Positions 31,635 to 41,320 of a DNA stretch of 64,000 nt are shown piece after piece; the stretch's first letter is position 1, and the number at the start of each line of letters is the position of its first letter. Source of the DNA: Nitrospinales bacterium (GTDB taxonomy: Bacteria > Nitrospinota > Nitrospinia > Nitrospinales > VA-1); assembly GCA_965223795.1 (NCBI GenBank), contig CBDCXL010000002.1, positions 768,001 through 832,000 of the forward strand, written 5' to 3'. The position numbers were made by a program, and so were the translations under genes. Below the pieces are notes generated by a model that was not told the DNA's origin, searched no databases, and saw only the letters and a list, made by a program, of their open reading frames with translations.

Positions 31635-32121
31635 ACGGATGTGGGCGGGGATGATCGTGTGGACCCTGCTGACGCTGCCCGGCGCGGCGTGGGCGGATGA
31701 GACCGACTGGAACGCGCTTTCTGCCCAGGAGCAAAACGTCCTCAAGCCGTTCGCAAAGCGCTGGGACGAACTGGAGCCGGAACAACGGCAGCGCCTGAAA
31801 AAAGGCGCGCGGCGCTGGGCAAGCCTGTCTCCGGAAGCGCGCCGCATGGTGAAAAAGCGGTTCAAGGCCTGGAACCGCATGACGCCGGAGCAGCGGGCGC
31901 GCATCCGCCACAAATTCGAGCAATTCCGCAAGCTGCCGCCGGAAAAACGCAAGCAACTGCGGCGCGCACGCCAATGGTTTCGGAATCTGCCTCCGGAACG
32001 GCGGCAGGAACTCCGGCAACGCTGGCAAAACCTGCCGCCGGAAAAAAAGCAGCGTTTCAAAAAAAGAATGAAGCAGCGGGCGCAGCAAAAGCGCAGAAGA
32101 ATGCAGCAGCGCAACCGCTGA
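31624..32121 (+). CDS. DUF3106-like periplasmic protein
   Basis: Signal peptide; 18-aa repeats W/F-xx-L-x-PE-x-R/K. Confidence 0.8.
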   Translation: MNRERMWAGMIVWTLLTLPGAAWADETDWNALSAQEQNVLKPFAKRWDELEPEQRQRLKKGARRWASLSPEARRMVKKRFKAWNRMTPEQRARIRHKFEQFRKLPPEKRKQLRRARQWFRNLPPERRQELRQRWQNLPPEKKQRFKKRMKQRAQQKRRRMQQRNR

Positions 32122-32458
32122 CTCCGGTTGCCCGCAAACGGCAGGCGCCCGGTCTCCCCTGCCGGCCCGCCTAAAACCTCCTTTTATAAATCCCGAATTT
32201 GAATGGGTTCTTTGTGAGCGTTGGCTGTGTTTTCGCGTTTGATACGAACGCACTGTTTCGCGGACGCCTGAACCGGGACAGCAAATAATGCTCGCGTTGG
32301 GGTGTCAAACGTATTAAAATCTCGAGCTTTGGCGGCAGGTTCGCAGGCGCGTGGCAGGCGGCGGACCCCGCATCAAACCGATGGACCGGATTGCGCTGCA
32401 CCGGGCGTTCCCGGCATGCAGCCCGCGGCGGGTCCGCATTCTCAGGAGGAGACAACCC

Positions 32459-33643
32459 GTGAATCAACCTCACAATCACTCGGCCCGAAAGATCAGGATC
32501 GGCATCCTTGGAATCGGCAACTGCGCCAGTTCCCTCATTCAGGGAATCCATTATTACGGCGGCAAGGATTCGAACGAGGCCATCGGTTTGATGCACTGGG
32601 AGATCGGCGGCTACCGCCCGGCGGACATTCAGGTCGTGTCGGCGTTCGACATCGACCAGCGCAAGGTGGGCAAGGACGTGAACGAGGCGGTGTTCGCGGA
32701 GCCCAACTGCACACAGGTGTTCTGCCAGGACCTTCCCAAATCCGGAGTGCGGGTGCGCATGGGCCCTATCCTCGACGGTTTCTCGGAACACATGAACGAC
32801 TACCCCAGCCACCGCACGTTTCTGCCGTCGCAGGAAACGCAGCCGGACCGCGAGGAGGTGGTGCGGGCGCTCAAGGAAACGGGCACGGAAATCCTGCTGA
32901 ACTATTTGCCCGTGGGTTCGGAGCAGGCGACGCGCTTTTACGCGCAGTGCGCGCTGGACGCGGGCGCGGCGTTCATCAACAACATCCCGGTGTTCATCGC
33001 CAGCGACCCGGAATGGGCGGAACGGTTCAGGGAGCGGAACATCCCGTTGATCGGCGACGACATCAAGGCGCAGATCGGCGCCACCATCACTCACCGGACG
33101 CTCACCGACCTGTTCAAGAAACGCGGCGTCAAGCTGGAGCAGACCTATCAGCTCAACACCGGCGGCAACACGGACTTTCTCAACATGATCAACCGCAGCC
33201 GGCTGGCGTCGAAAAAGAAATCCAAAACCGAGGCGGTGCAGTCGGTCGCGGCGGACCGGCTGGAGGCGGACCGCATCCACATCGGCCCGAGCGACTACGT
33301 CCCCTGGCAAAACGACAACAAGGTCTGCTTCATCCGCATGGAAGGCAAGCTGTTCGGGGACGTCCCGATGAACCTGGAACTCAGGCTTTCCGTGGAGGAT
33401 TCGCCCAACTCGGCGGCGGTGGCGATCGACTCCATCCGCTGCGCCAAGCTGGCGCTGAACCGCGGCGAGGGCGGCGTGCTGTCGGCGCCTTCCTCGTTTT
33501 TCTGCAAACACCCTCCCGAGCAGATTCCCGACGATGAGGCCTACCGCGGCACCGAGGCTTTCATCCGCCACAGGAAAACCGGCCCGCGCAACGAAGCGGT
33601 TTTGAGCGGGGAAAAGGACCCATCCGCCGCCGTCAACGGTTGA
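32459..33643 (+). CDS. ino1: Inositol-3-phosphate synthase
   Basis: AGGAGG then GTG; GIGNCASSLIQG, YLPVGS, IGDDIKAQ, LNTGGNTDF, EDSPNSA motifs. Confidence 0.95.
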   Translation: MNQPHNHSARKIRIGILGIGNCASSLIQGIHYYGGKDSNEAIGLMHWEIGGYRPADIQVVSAFDIDQRKVGKDVNEAVFAEPNCTQVFCQDLPKSGVRVRMGPILDGFSEHMNDYPSHRTFLPSQETQPDREEVVRALKETGTEILLNYLPVGSEQATRFYAQCALDAGAAFINNIPVFIASDPEWAERFRERNIPLIGDDIKAQIGATITHRTLTDLFKKRGVKLEQTYQLNTGGNTDFLNMINRSRLASKKKSKTEAVQSVAADRLEADRIHIGPSDYVPWQNDNKVCFIRMEGKLFGDVPMNLELRLSVEDSPNSAAVAIDSIRCAKLALNRGEGGVLSAPSSFFCKHPPEQIPDDEAYRGTEAFIRHRKTGPRNEAVLSGEKDPSAAVNG

Positions 33644-33775
33644 CGGCGGAGAGAGAAACCCGCTTCTCCCCTTGCGGCCCGGGTGAAAAAGCCCGGGCTC
33701 GATGCGGCGGCTTCAAGCCGTACATTCCGCCCCCGATTAAAGATTAAATCCTTATGAATAAATCACTTATCGGAT

Positions 33776-33804
33776 TTGACTTTTTCGCGGCCGGTCCCTA
33801 AATT
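33776..33804 (+). promoter_or_regulatory. sigma70-like promoter
   Basis: TTGACT-17 nt-TAAATT upstream of ORF 33888. Confidence 0.5.
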
Positions 33805-33887
33805 ACCTGTAAATTCTCTTTTTTCTCCGAATGCACGGGTCAATGCATCCCCCCACGCAGGCAACGTGTATTCAGGAACCCGGCATC

Positions 33888-34154
33888 ATGGAACCGGTGG
33901 TTTTATACAGAATCTGGGGACTGGTGTTGTACCTTGCGGGGATCGGGCTTTTGAGCCTGGGCAATCATGTGCTGCACAACGCTCATGAAAGACGCAAGCA
34001 CATAAGCTGGGCCGCGTTCAGCGGACGCCGTTACTGGAACCGGGCGGACCTGCGGTCGGGTCTGGGCGCGGTGCTGCTTTACGTCACAGGCGGCGGCATT
34101 TCCCTCACGGGCCTGATCCTTTTCTTCCTGAACTCTCAGTGGCGGGAATTCTGA
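33888..34154 (+). CDS. Small two-TM membrane protein
   Basis: Two hydrophobic helices; 50-nt tail overlap with the opposite-strand gene. Confidence 0.55.
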   Translation: MEPVVLYRIWGLVLYLAGIGLLSLGNHVLHNAHERRKHISWAAFSGRRYWNRADLRSGLGAVLLYVTGGGISLTGLILFFLNSQWREF

Positions 34155-35064
34155 TTTTGCCTTGTTCCCTAAGCGCCCGCAGACGGCCGCGCGCCGCAAT
34201 CCAGAACCCCAGAAGCAACAGCACGGACGGGATCACGTAGGGAAAATCCGCATGCGGCCGGTCGCCTTCCCGCAGCAGCCACACGACCCAGCAGACGCCA
34301 GCCGCCGCCGGCAGCGGCCCCGCGAGCGTCCTGAACGCCCAAGCCGCGCCCGTCCACAACAGTCCCCAGCCCGCGAACGACAACGCGACGGCGCCCAGCG
34401 CCACCGCCTCGATGGGCGTGAAAGGCCGGGCCCGGACTCCGAATGCGGATTCACCGCCGTGTTCAATCCAGTGCGTCAACGTCTGGAAACGCTCGCAGCT
34501 TCTCAGTGACAGATCGCGGCCGCGCTCGCATTCGAGCTGGAAAAAATTGAGGGCTGCGTCGAACGACTTCTGCTGCTCCAGACTGTCGCCGAGGTGGTAG
34601 CAGGGACCGTAGTCCTCCGGGTCCGGGGACTTGAAATCCTCGCGGCACAGGCGCTCAAGATGCGCGTGCGCCCGGGAATGGGCGGTGATCCTCAAGTATT
34701 CCTTGGCGAGATAGAAGCACACGATGTCCTCCCCTGCCCGGCAGCGCGCCTCCAGCGGAGCGCTGGCTTCGTCCAGACGGTCCAGTTCCTGCGCCAGCGA
34801 GAGATACGGGGTGCAGGCGCGCAGGTGGCCGGCGGTCTTGTGGCTTTTGCAGGCGTCGTGAAAATGGGCGAGCGCCGTTTCCCTGTTTCCCGCCTTGCGT
34901 TCTTCCATGCCCGCGGCGAGGCAGTAGATCGTCAGCCCCTTTTTGCATTCCTCGGCGTAGTTTTTCGCATCGTTCTCCTGAGCCGCGCCCGGCGCGGCGC
35001 GGAACAAAAGACCGAGCATCCCGATGAACAGGATCTCCTTCAACTGAAACCGGCGTGTCAGCAA
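34105..35064 (-). CDS. Sel1/Hcp-like Cys-rich protein with C-terminal TM helices
   Basis: GGAGGG RBS then TTG; signal peptide, paired-Cys repeats (C-x7-CFYLA, CYHLG), three C-terminal hydrophobic segments. Confidence 0.65.
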   Translation of the reverse strand: MLTRRFQLKEILFIGMLGLLFRAAPGAAQENDAKNYAEECKKGLTIYCLAAGMEERKAGNRETALAHFHDACKSHKTAGHLRACTPYLSLAQELDRLDEASAPLEARCRAGEDIVCFYLAKEYLRITAHSRAHAHLERLCREDFKSPDPEDYGPCYHLGDSLEQQKSFDAALNFFQLECERGRDLSLRSCERFQTLTHWIEHGGESAFGVRARPFTPIEAVALGAVALSFAGWGLLWTGAAWAFRTLAGPLPAAAGVCWVVWLLREGDRPHADFPYVIPSVLLLLGFWIAARGRLRALREQGKIRIPATESSGRKGSGP

Positions 35065-35241
35065 CTTCCCTCCTCTGTCGAATACAGGAACCCCCGGTGC
35101 GCACAAGACCCGGCAACGCGCACATTTGCCTGATTGCAAGCTGTTTAAAGTACCACGGATCGGATAAATGCGTAAAATAGAGACGTTCTGATCCGCTGCC
35201 TGAAAAGGGGGATCATCAGAAACGGAATAAGGGCGGATTGC

Positions 35242-35988
35242 ATGCGCGCTAACAAATCCCCGAAATTAAAAATCGACAGCTTCAACATCTCCACAGGCAG
35301 ACAGCTTGCCGGTAAATACCAGGTCGCGGGCAAGCTGGGCGAGGGCTGGGAAGGCGAGGTCTACAAGGTCGTCGAAATGAGCACCGGCATCGAGCGGGCG
35401 GCGAAAGTGTTTTTCCCCCACCGCAATCCCGGCAACCGCGCCGCCAAAGCCTACGCACTGAAACTGCACAAACTGCGGCAGTGTTCCCTGCTGATCCAGT
35501 ACCACACAAAGGAGATTTTCTTTTACCGCCGGTTGCCGGTGACGGTCCTGATTTCCGAATTCGTGGAAGGCGCGCCGCTGTCGGAGTTTCTCAGGAGTCT
35601 GCCGGGCAAGCGCCTGAGCCCGTATCCGGCGCTGCACCTGCTGTACGCCCTGACCCGGGGCATCGAGGAGATCCACCTGCTCAACGAGTACCACGGCGAC
35701 ATCCACACGGACAACATCATCGTCAACGGGTTCGGCCTCAAGTTCGATCTCAAACTGCTGGATTTTTATCAGCATCCCGCGCCGAAAGCGGTCAACATCC
35801 GCGACGACCTGTGCGGACTCATTCACGTCTTTCACGAATGCCTGGGAGGAAGCAAACGCTACAAAAAGCATCCGCCTATCGTCAAGGAGATCTGCTGCGG
35901 GTTGAAGCGCAGCCTGATCCTGAAAAAATTCAAATCCGTGTCCCATCTGCGGGATTTTCTGGAAACCCTGCAATGGGTCGCCGTGTGA
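35242..35988 (+). CDS. Ser/Thr protein kinase-like protein (catalytic domain only)
   Basis: LGEGWEGEVY, AAK, YHGDIHTDNI, LLDF motifs. Confidence 0.8.
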   Translation: MRANKSPKLKIDSFNISTGRQLAGKYQVAGKLGEGWEGEVYKVVEMSTGIERAAKVFFPHRNPGNRAAKAYALKLHKLRQCSLLIQYHTKEIFFYRRLPVTVLISEFVEGAPLSEFLRSLPGKRLSPYPALHLLYALTRGIEEIHLLNEYHGDIHTDNIIVNGFGLKFDLKLLDFYQHPAPKAVNIRDDLCGLIHVFHECLGGSKRYKKHPPIVKEICCGLKRSLILKKFKSVSHLRDFLETLQWVAV

Positions 35989-36151
35989 CCGGGCCGGATC
36001 GGACAGCGAAACAAAGAGAAAGCCGCAGCCCACCGCGGATGCAGCCGAAATTCAATGGGCGAGCAGCAATGAGCTTGTCCGCAGCCGTTTTTCTGGTTAC
36101 GATTCATGTTATAAAGGCATCCCCATCTCCAGTTGAAAATGGAAACCTCTC

Positions 36152-37045
36152 ATGACCCTTGCTGAAATCCGGTTGCACGGCTGGCTCTTTTTTATCGTTC
36201 TCCTGTTTTCGATCCCGGCGCACGCTTCGCACGAAACCCCGTACGATGCGGAAACGGAAGTGGTCTGGAAATCGGACCGGCTCGCGGCCAACTGGTTCGG
36301 CGGACGCTACCGGGTGCGGCTGGGAGGCGACGGCATTCCGGCGGACTGGATCGAAGTGAAGGCGGGCCGGCGTTCGAACATCGAAGTGTCGGAGATCGTC
36401 GTGCGATATTTGAGCCGGCACGGGCACCACCCGCGCAAGCAGAAGTTTTATCCCTATCAGCGCGTTCACGGCGGCGAACGGGTGCGCTTCAAGCTGCCCC
36501 GGACACACCATGTGCTCGGCATCGCGGTGGTGGCCTCGGGAATCAGCGGCAGCCACAAGCAGGACCGCTTCCGCATCCTGCTGTCGAAAAACGTGCGCCG
36601 CCCCCCTGAGGATTTTGTGCAGACCGGCTATTTTTACGGCGAGTGCATCGGCGGCCACAAATGTCCGGGTTACCGCCGCCACCCGATTCAGCGGTTTTCC
36701 ATCGACCTGGAGGACGACGTGAAAATCCTCAAAATCCAGTTCGACGCGCACGACGCCATCGGCCGCAGGCACGGCGCCAAAGTCAATGTCTATGTGGACG
36801 ATTTGCTGGTGGCGCAGGGAATCGACATCAAGCGCAGGCGGTCGTCGGTCGTCATCGATCTGAAACCCACGATCGGCCGGGTCCTCACGTTCGAGGCGGC
36901 GAGCAACGACGAGGCGATGATCGAGCGGATCGCGGTGGAATACAGTGCCTACCGGGACCGCAAGCAGCGCAGAAGGGGCGGCGGGCCGGGCCGCTTCGAA
37001 CGGGGATTCGAACGGGAACGGGATCGACACCGTCACCGTCATTGA
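36152..37045 (+). CDS. Hypothetical secreted protein
   Basis: Signal peptide, beta-rich body, R/H-rich tail. Confidence 0.75.
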   Translation: MTLAEIRLHGWLFFIVLLFSIPAHASHETPYDAETEVVWKSDRLAANWFGGRYRVRLGGDGIPADWIEVKAGRRSNIEVSEIVVRYLSRHGHHPRKQKFYPYQRVHGGERVRFKLPRTHHVLGIAVVASGISGSHKQDRFRILLSKNVRRPPEDFVQTGYFYGECIGGHKCPGYRRHPIQRFSIDLEDDVKILKIQFDAHDAIGRRHGAKVNVYVDDLLVAQGIDIKRRRSSVVIDLKPTIGRVLTFEAASNDEAMIERIAVEYSAYRDRKQRRRGGGPGRFERGFERERDRHRHRH

Positions 37046-37085
37046 AGGACAGCGGCGATCGCATTGAGACAGGAGACACACATCC

Positions 37086-37601
37086 ATGCCCAACGGTTTT
37101 CACGGCACGAAAGAGGAATGGGCGCGGCTCGAAGCGCCGCTCACCAGCCTCGACGCACAAATCGCGGAGTATGCACGGCAGAACGGAATGACGGTACGCA
37201 AAAGCGACCGCAACTGGCCGCGCCGTTCGCTGGACTGGGGCGCGCCGATCCGCATGAGCCTGCAGCTGAGCCTGCTGGACGAGAAAAGCCTGACGTTCAG
37301 CCTTGCGGTGGTGGCCCACCTGGACGAGGCGGGACTGCGATCCTGGAAAAGTGAAACGATCGCCACGGCGCTGACGGTCGAACAGTTGCGATCGCAATGG
37401 AGGCCGCTTCTGGACAAGGGCCGGCGGAAAGCGGCGTTCTGGAAAAAGGCGGACCTGAAAACCAGCGTCAAGCTGAAAGGGACGGACGCGTTTGTGCAGT
37501 CGCAGAGGCAGGACCGGCTGATGAACGTGCTGTTGTACGGTACGGTGGTGACGCTGGTTTTTTTCGGGGCGCTGATCGTGATCTGGAAAATTTATGCGTG
37601 A
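37086..37601 (+). CDS. Hypothetical protein with C-terminal TM anchor
   Basis: AGGAG RBS; hydrophobic C-terminus. Confidence 0.7.
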   Translation: MPNGFHGTKEEWARLEAPLTSLDAQIAEYARQNGMTVRKSDRNWPRRSLDWGAPIRMSLQLSLLDEKSLTFSLAVVAHLDEAGLRSWKSETIATALTVEQLRSQWRPLLDKGRRKAAFWKKADLKTSVKLKGTDAFVQSQRQDRLMNVLLYGTVVTLVFFGALIVIWKIYA

Positions 37602-37616
37602 CGGCCGCAAGCCATC

Positions 37617-37784
37617 TCATTCGGAGTCGATCTGCTCTTCGGCCTGTTTTTTGGCCTCCTGCCGTTTGTAGGCCTTGCCCGACTCCTTGACCTTTTCGTG
37701 ATAGCGTTTGCTCTGAATCTGCTGAGCCGCCACCTCCGCCTCGATCTCGGCCTTGGTTTTTATTTTTTTCTTTTTCTTCGCCAT
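37617..37784 (-). CDS. Small basic protein, possibly ArfA-like
   Basis: 55 aa, MAKKKKK..KRYHEKVKESGKAYKR. Confidence 0.55.
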   Translation of the reverse strand: MAKKKKKIKTKAEIEAEVAAQQIQSKRYHEKVKESGKAYKRQEAKKQAEEQIDSE

Positions 37785-37931
37785 GCGGCCGCCTTTCTCC
37801 AGCGCCTCGATTCCGCCGGCGCTTCCCTTGTTCCTGTAACTCACAGGGTACCGGCCCGGCGATTAAATTGAAACCACGTTTTGGATGCGGTTTTTCGACC
37901 GGGCGGGCTTCCCGCTTTCTCGGAGACAGGC

Positions 37932-39830
37932 ATGATCCACTGGCTCGACGGGCTGATTCTCGCGGCCTTCATCGTGTACGCGATCGCCGCGGGGCTGCGC
38001 AACCGGGCGCGGGCGTCGCGGAACCTCGCTGAGTATTTCCTGGCGGGGCGCTCGCTCAAAGGCTGGCAGGCCGGGGTGAGCATGGCGGCAACCCAGTTCG
38101 CCGCCGACACGCCGCTGCTGGTCACGGGACTCATCGCCACGGCGGGCATATTTTCACTGTGGCAGCTCTGGATCTACGGCCTGAGTTTCCTGCTCATGGG
38201 ATTTCTGCTGGCCGGGCCCTGGCGGCGGGCGGCGGTGCTGACCGACGCGGAGCTGACCGAGATCCGCTACGGCGGCGGCAAGGCGACGTTTCTGCGCGCC
38301 GCCAAGGCGGTGTATTTCGGCACGATCTTCAACTGCACGGTGCTGGCGATGGTCCTGCTGGCGGCGACGCGCATCGCGGAACCGTTTCTGCTGTGGAACG
38401 AATGGCTGCCGCCCGCGGTTTTCGATGCTTGTCTCTCTTTTGTGCGCTGGCTGGGCGTTCCGTTCACGGTGCACACGGACGACGCCGCCCTCCTCTGGGT
38501 TTTGTCCACCAACAATCTCATTTCCATCCTCTGCATCGTCATCGTCACGACGCTGTACTCGGCGACGGGGGGACTGCGGTCGGTGGTTTCGACGGACGTG
38601 CTGCAGTTTTCCATCATGCTTCTGGGGACGCTGCTTTACACGGGGTTCGTGGTGCAGGCGTGCGGCGGTCTTACCGGGCTGTCGGCGCAGATCCAGGACC
38701 TCTACGCGCAGGGCGCGCCCAACGGGATCACGGCTTCGGAGATGCTGGCCTTCACGCCGTCCGAAGCGCACGACGTGGGTCTCGGACTGTTGGCGGTGTT
38801 CGGGCTGCAATGGCTGATCCAGATGAACGCCGACGGAACCGGCTATCTGGCGCAGCGATCGATGGCCTGCAGATCGGATGCGGACGCCCGCTTCGCGGCG
38901 GTGCTGTTCACTTATTTACAGATTCTTCTGCGCTCGCTGCTCTGGCTGCCGCTGGCGCTGGGGCTTGTGGTGCTGTATCCGCTGGTGTCCGCCAGCACGC
39001 CGGAGCAGTACACGGCGCTGCGGGAAGCGACGTTCGTGCTGGGCATGCGGGATCTGCTGCCCATCGGCGTCAAGGGGCTCCTGCTGACGGCCATGCTGGC
39101 GGCGCTCGCCTCGACGGTGGACACGCACCTCAACTGGGGCGCGGGCTACTGGACGCACGACCTGTATGAGCGCGTCTACTGCGAGAAACTGCGCAAGCGT
39201 TCCGCCGATCCCAGGCAGCTGGTGTGGGTGGCGCGCGTTTCCAATGTCGGCATCCTGTTGATCGCACTCGTCATCATGGCGCATCTGAACTCGATCCAGA
39301 GCGCCTGGCAGGGCTCGCTGCTGATCGGCGCGGCGATGGGGATTCCCCTCCTGCTGCGCTGGTTCTGGTGGCGCATGAACGCCTGGGGCGAGATCGCCGC
39401 GATCGGGGTGGCGACGCTGTGCGCGCCGTTTTTCCTGGATCTTGAAACTTCGGGTCCGCAAAACCTGCTGGCGATGGCGGCGCTGTCGCTGGCGGCGACG
39501 CTGGCGGCGGTGGTGCTCAAGGGTCCGGAGGAGGAAGCGGTGCTGCGCGCGTTTTATCAGCGCGTGCGGCCCAGCGGGTTCTGGGGGCCGGTCGCCGGGG
39601 ACCGGAGCGAAGCGCGGGCGCTGCAAAAACGGTTCTGCAAAAAACTGGGCCAGGCGGCGCTGTGCGCGTTGAGCTGTTTCGGGCTGCTGGTGGGCGTGGG
39701 GACGTGGCTGGTGGACGGCACGCCGCCGGCCTGGTTTCCGCATGCCCGGCTGTGGCCGCCATTCTGCATCGCGCTGGCGCTTGCGGTGCTGCCGTTGTGG
39801 TGGCGGCCGCTGCGCGCGGACAAAACCTGA
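37932..39830 (+). CDS. Sodium:solute symporter family transporter
   Basis: YFLAGRSL, SMAATQFAADTPL, GGLRSVVSTD, many TM helices. Confidence 0.92.
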   Translation: MIHWLDGLILAAFIVYAIAAGLRNRARASRNLAEYFLAGRSLKGWQAGVSMAATQFAADTPLLVTGLIATAGIFSLWQLWIYGLSFLLMGFLLAGPWRRAAVLTDAELTEIRYGGGKATFLRAAKAVYFGTIFNCTVLAMVLLAATRIAEPFLLWNEWLPPAVFDACLSFVRWLGVPFTVHTDDAALLWVLSTNNLISILCIVIVTTLYSATGGLRSVVSTDVLQFSIMLLGTLLYTGFVVQACGGLTGLSAQIQDLYAQGAPNGITASEMLAFTPSEAHDVGLGLLAVFGLQWLIQMNADGTGYLAQRSMACRSDADARFAAVLFTYLQILLRSLLWLPLALGLVVLYPLVSASTPEQYTALREATFVLGMRDLLPIGVKGLLLTAMLAALASTVDTHLNWGAGYWTHDLYERVYCEKLRKRSADPRQLVWVARVSNVGILLIALVIMAHLNSIQSAWQGSLLIGAAMGIPLLLRWFWWRMNAWGEIAAIGVATLCAPFFLDLETSGPQNLLAMAALSLAATLAAVVLKGPEEEAVLRAFYQRVRPSGFWGPVAGDRSEARALQKRFCKKLGQAALCALSCFGLLVGVGTWLVDGTPPAWFPHARLWPPFCIALALAVLPLWWRPLRADKT

Positions 39831-39837
39831 GCGCCGG

Positions 39838-40026
39838 TCAGGAGTCGGTGCGCATCGCGGTGAAGGAAGCGATCTCACCGTCCTCGACCCCATAGCGGAC
39901 CTCGATGGGGCGGCAGCACACCTCGCAGTCTTCGATGTAGCTCTGCGCGGATGTGGACAGGTCCAGGAGCATGGACACGTTCTGCCCGCAGTAGGGACAG
40001 GCGAAAAACTGTTCCGTCTCATCCAT
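39838..40026 (-). CDS. CPXCG-motif cysteine-rich protein
   Basis: CPYCG...YIEDCEVCCRPI. Confidence 0.9.
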   Translation of the reverse strand: MDETEQFFACPYCGQNVSMLLDLSTSAQSYIEDCEVCCRPIEVRYGVEDGEIASFTAMRTDS

Positions 40027-40032
40027 GCCCGG

Positions 40033-40116
40033 TCAATAAAACTTCTTCAGGATGAAAGGGATCATGATCGCCAGCACCACGACGACGCCGATGAAGGTTT
40101 CCCAGTTTTGAAACAT
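40033..40116 (-). CDS. Putative 27-aa membrane microprotein
   Basis: MFQNWETFIGVVVVLAIMIPFILKKFY; co-directional, 6 nt before the CPXCG start. Confidence 0.45.
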   Translation of the reverse strand: MFQNWETFIGVVVVLAIMIPFILKKFY

Positions 40117-40192
40117 GATACAGGTTTCGTTTTGGGACGCTCCGGAAAGCGCCCGGTTTTCTTCCGGCCGATGACGCGTTTTACGCGCCCAT

Positions 40193-41191
40193 TCACGGCG
40201 TATTGCGCACCTTTGCCCGGCCGATGCGGTCGGTGTCGGCACCGAACCAGATCACTCCGTCCGGTTCATGGTACACCATGTGGCGCACGGAACCACCGCC
40301 GGACGGGATTTCGCTGGTGCTGAAAAATGTTTCCCCTGCGGGATCGAACCCGACCAGCCGGTTCGGGATGCGGCCGGTCTCCACGACCCAGATGCGGTCC
40401 GAATCGTCCACGGTCATGGCGTAGGGCCCCGCGTCCCCGCCGCCGGGCAGCGGCCATTCCTTGAAATCCTTTGTGCCGGGGTCGAACCGGCCCAGCATTC
40501 CCTGGGCGTAATCGCCGTACCACACCGCCCCGTCACGCGTGATGGCGATCCGCCTGGGCCGGGCTTCTTGGCGCGGCAGCGCGTGTTCTTCGATTCTAAG
40601 CGCCTGCGGGTCCACGGTGGCCAGCTTGTTGCTGTTGAACAGCACCACCCAGGGGCGTTTGTCTGGATCGATGGCGATGCCATAGGGACGCGCGTTGGCT
40701 GTGGGGACGGCGACAAGATCGATGACGCCGGTCTGCATCGCCAGCCTGCCGATGAAGTTGCCTCCCTGGACGGTGAACCAGATGTGTCCCGCGCCGTCGA
40801 AGATGAGGGTGTGCGGATCGTGCGCCTTCGAGTCGGGCATGGGATAGCGGGTGATTTCGCCGCTGTCCGGATTGAGTTTGCCGATGTAGGCGTTGCGGTT
40901 GCCGGCAAACCACACCATTCCCTTTTCGTCGACAATCAGGTTGTGCGGTCCGGCGCCCGGTCCCAGTTCGAACTTTTTGAACTTGCCCGATTCCGGTTCC
41001 AGATAGGCGAGATAACCGCTTTTCTGTCCGCAGAACCAGATACGTCCTTTGGGGTCCACGTAGGGATCGCGCGGCCGCGAATTTTCCCAGGGAACGCGCC
41101 ATTCGTCGATGGGCACGGGTCCGGCGGCGGCCGGGGCCGATGCGAGGGCGAATGCGGCCGTGAGGGCCAGAACGAGAATCCGGGTGCGCAT
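40193..41191 (-). CDS. Secreted Vgb (virginiamycin B lyase)-like beta-propeller protein
   Basis: Signal peptide; repeats P.xl.xD..G.xWF..IG.l.P. Confidence 0.85.
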   Translation of the reverse strand: MRTRILVLALTAAFALASAPAAAGPVPIDEWRVPWENSRPRDPYVDPKGRIWFCGQKSGYLAYLEPESGKFKKFELGPGAGPHNLIVDEKGMVWFAGNRNAYIGKLNPDSGEITRYPMPDSKAHDPHTLIFDGAGHIWFTVQGGNFIGRLAMQTGVIDLVAVPTANARPYGIAIDPDKRPWVVLFNSNKLATVDPQALRIEEHALPRQEARPRRIAITRDGAVWYGDYAQGMLGRFDPGTKDFKEWPLPGGGDAGPYAMTVDDSDRIWVVETGRIPNRLVGFDPAGETFFSTSEIPSGGGSVRHMVYHEPDGVIWFGADTDRIGRAKVRNTP

Positions 41192-41320
41192 GAATTTTCC
41201 TGTTATGGGCCCGCGCGGGACCGGTAACTGTATTTTTACGGATGGGTCCTGGCGCAGCGCGTATATTCTATGATGACTTCATCATACCAAGTCCGGCAAA
41301 AAGGGCAAGCGGCGGGCGTT

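Noticed and set aside
40193..41191. True streptogramin resistance gene vgb
   Set aside because: Secreted propeller homologs are widespread and the catalytic residues cannot be confirmed by eye.
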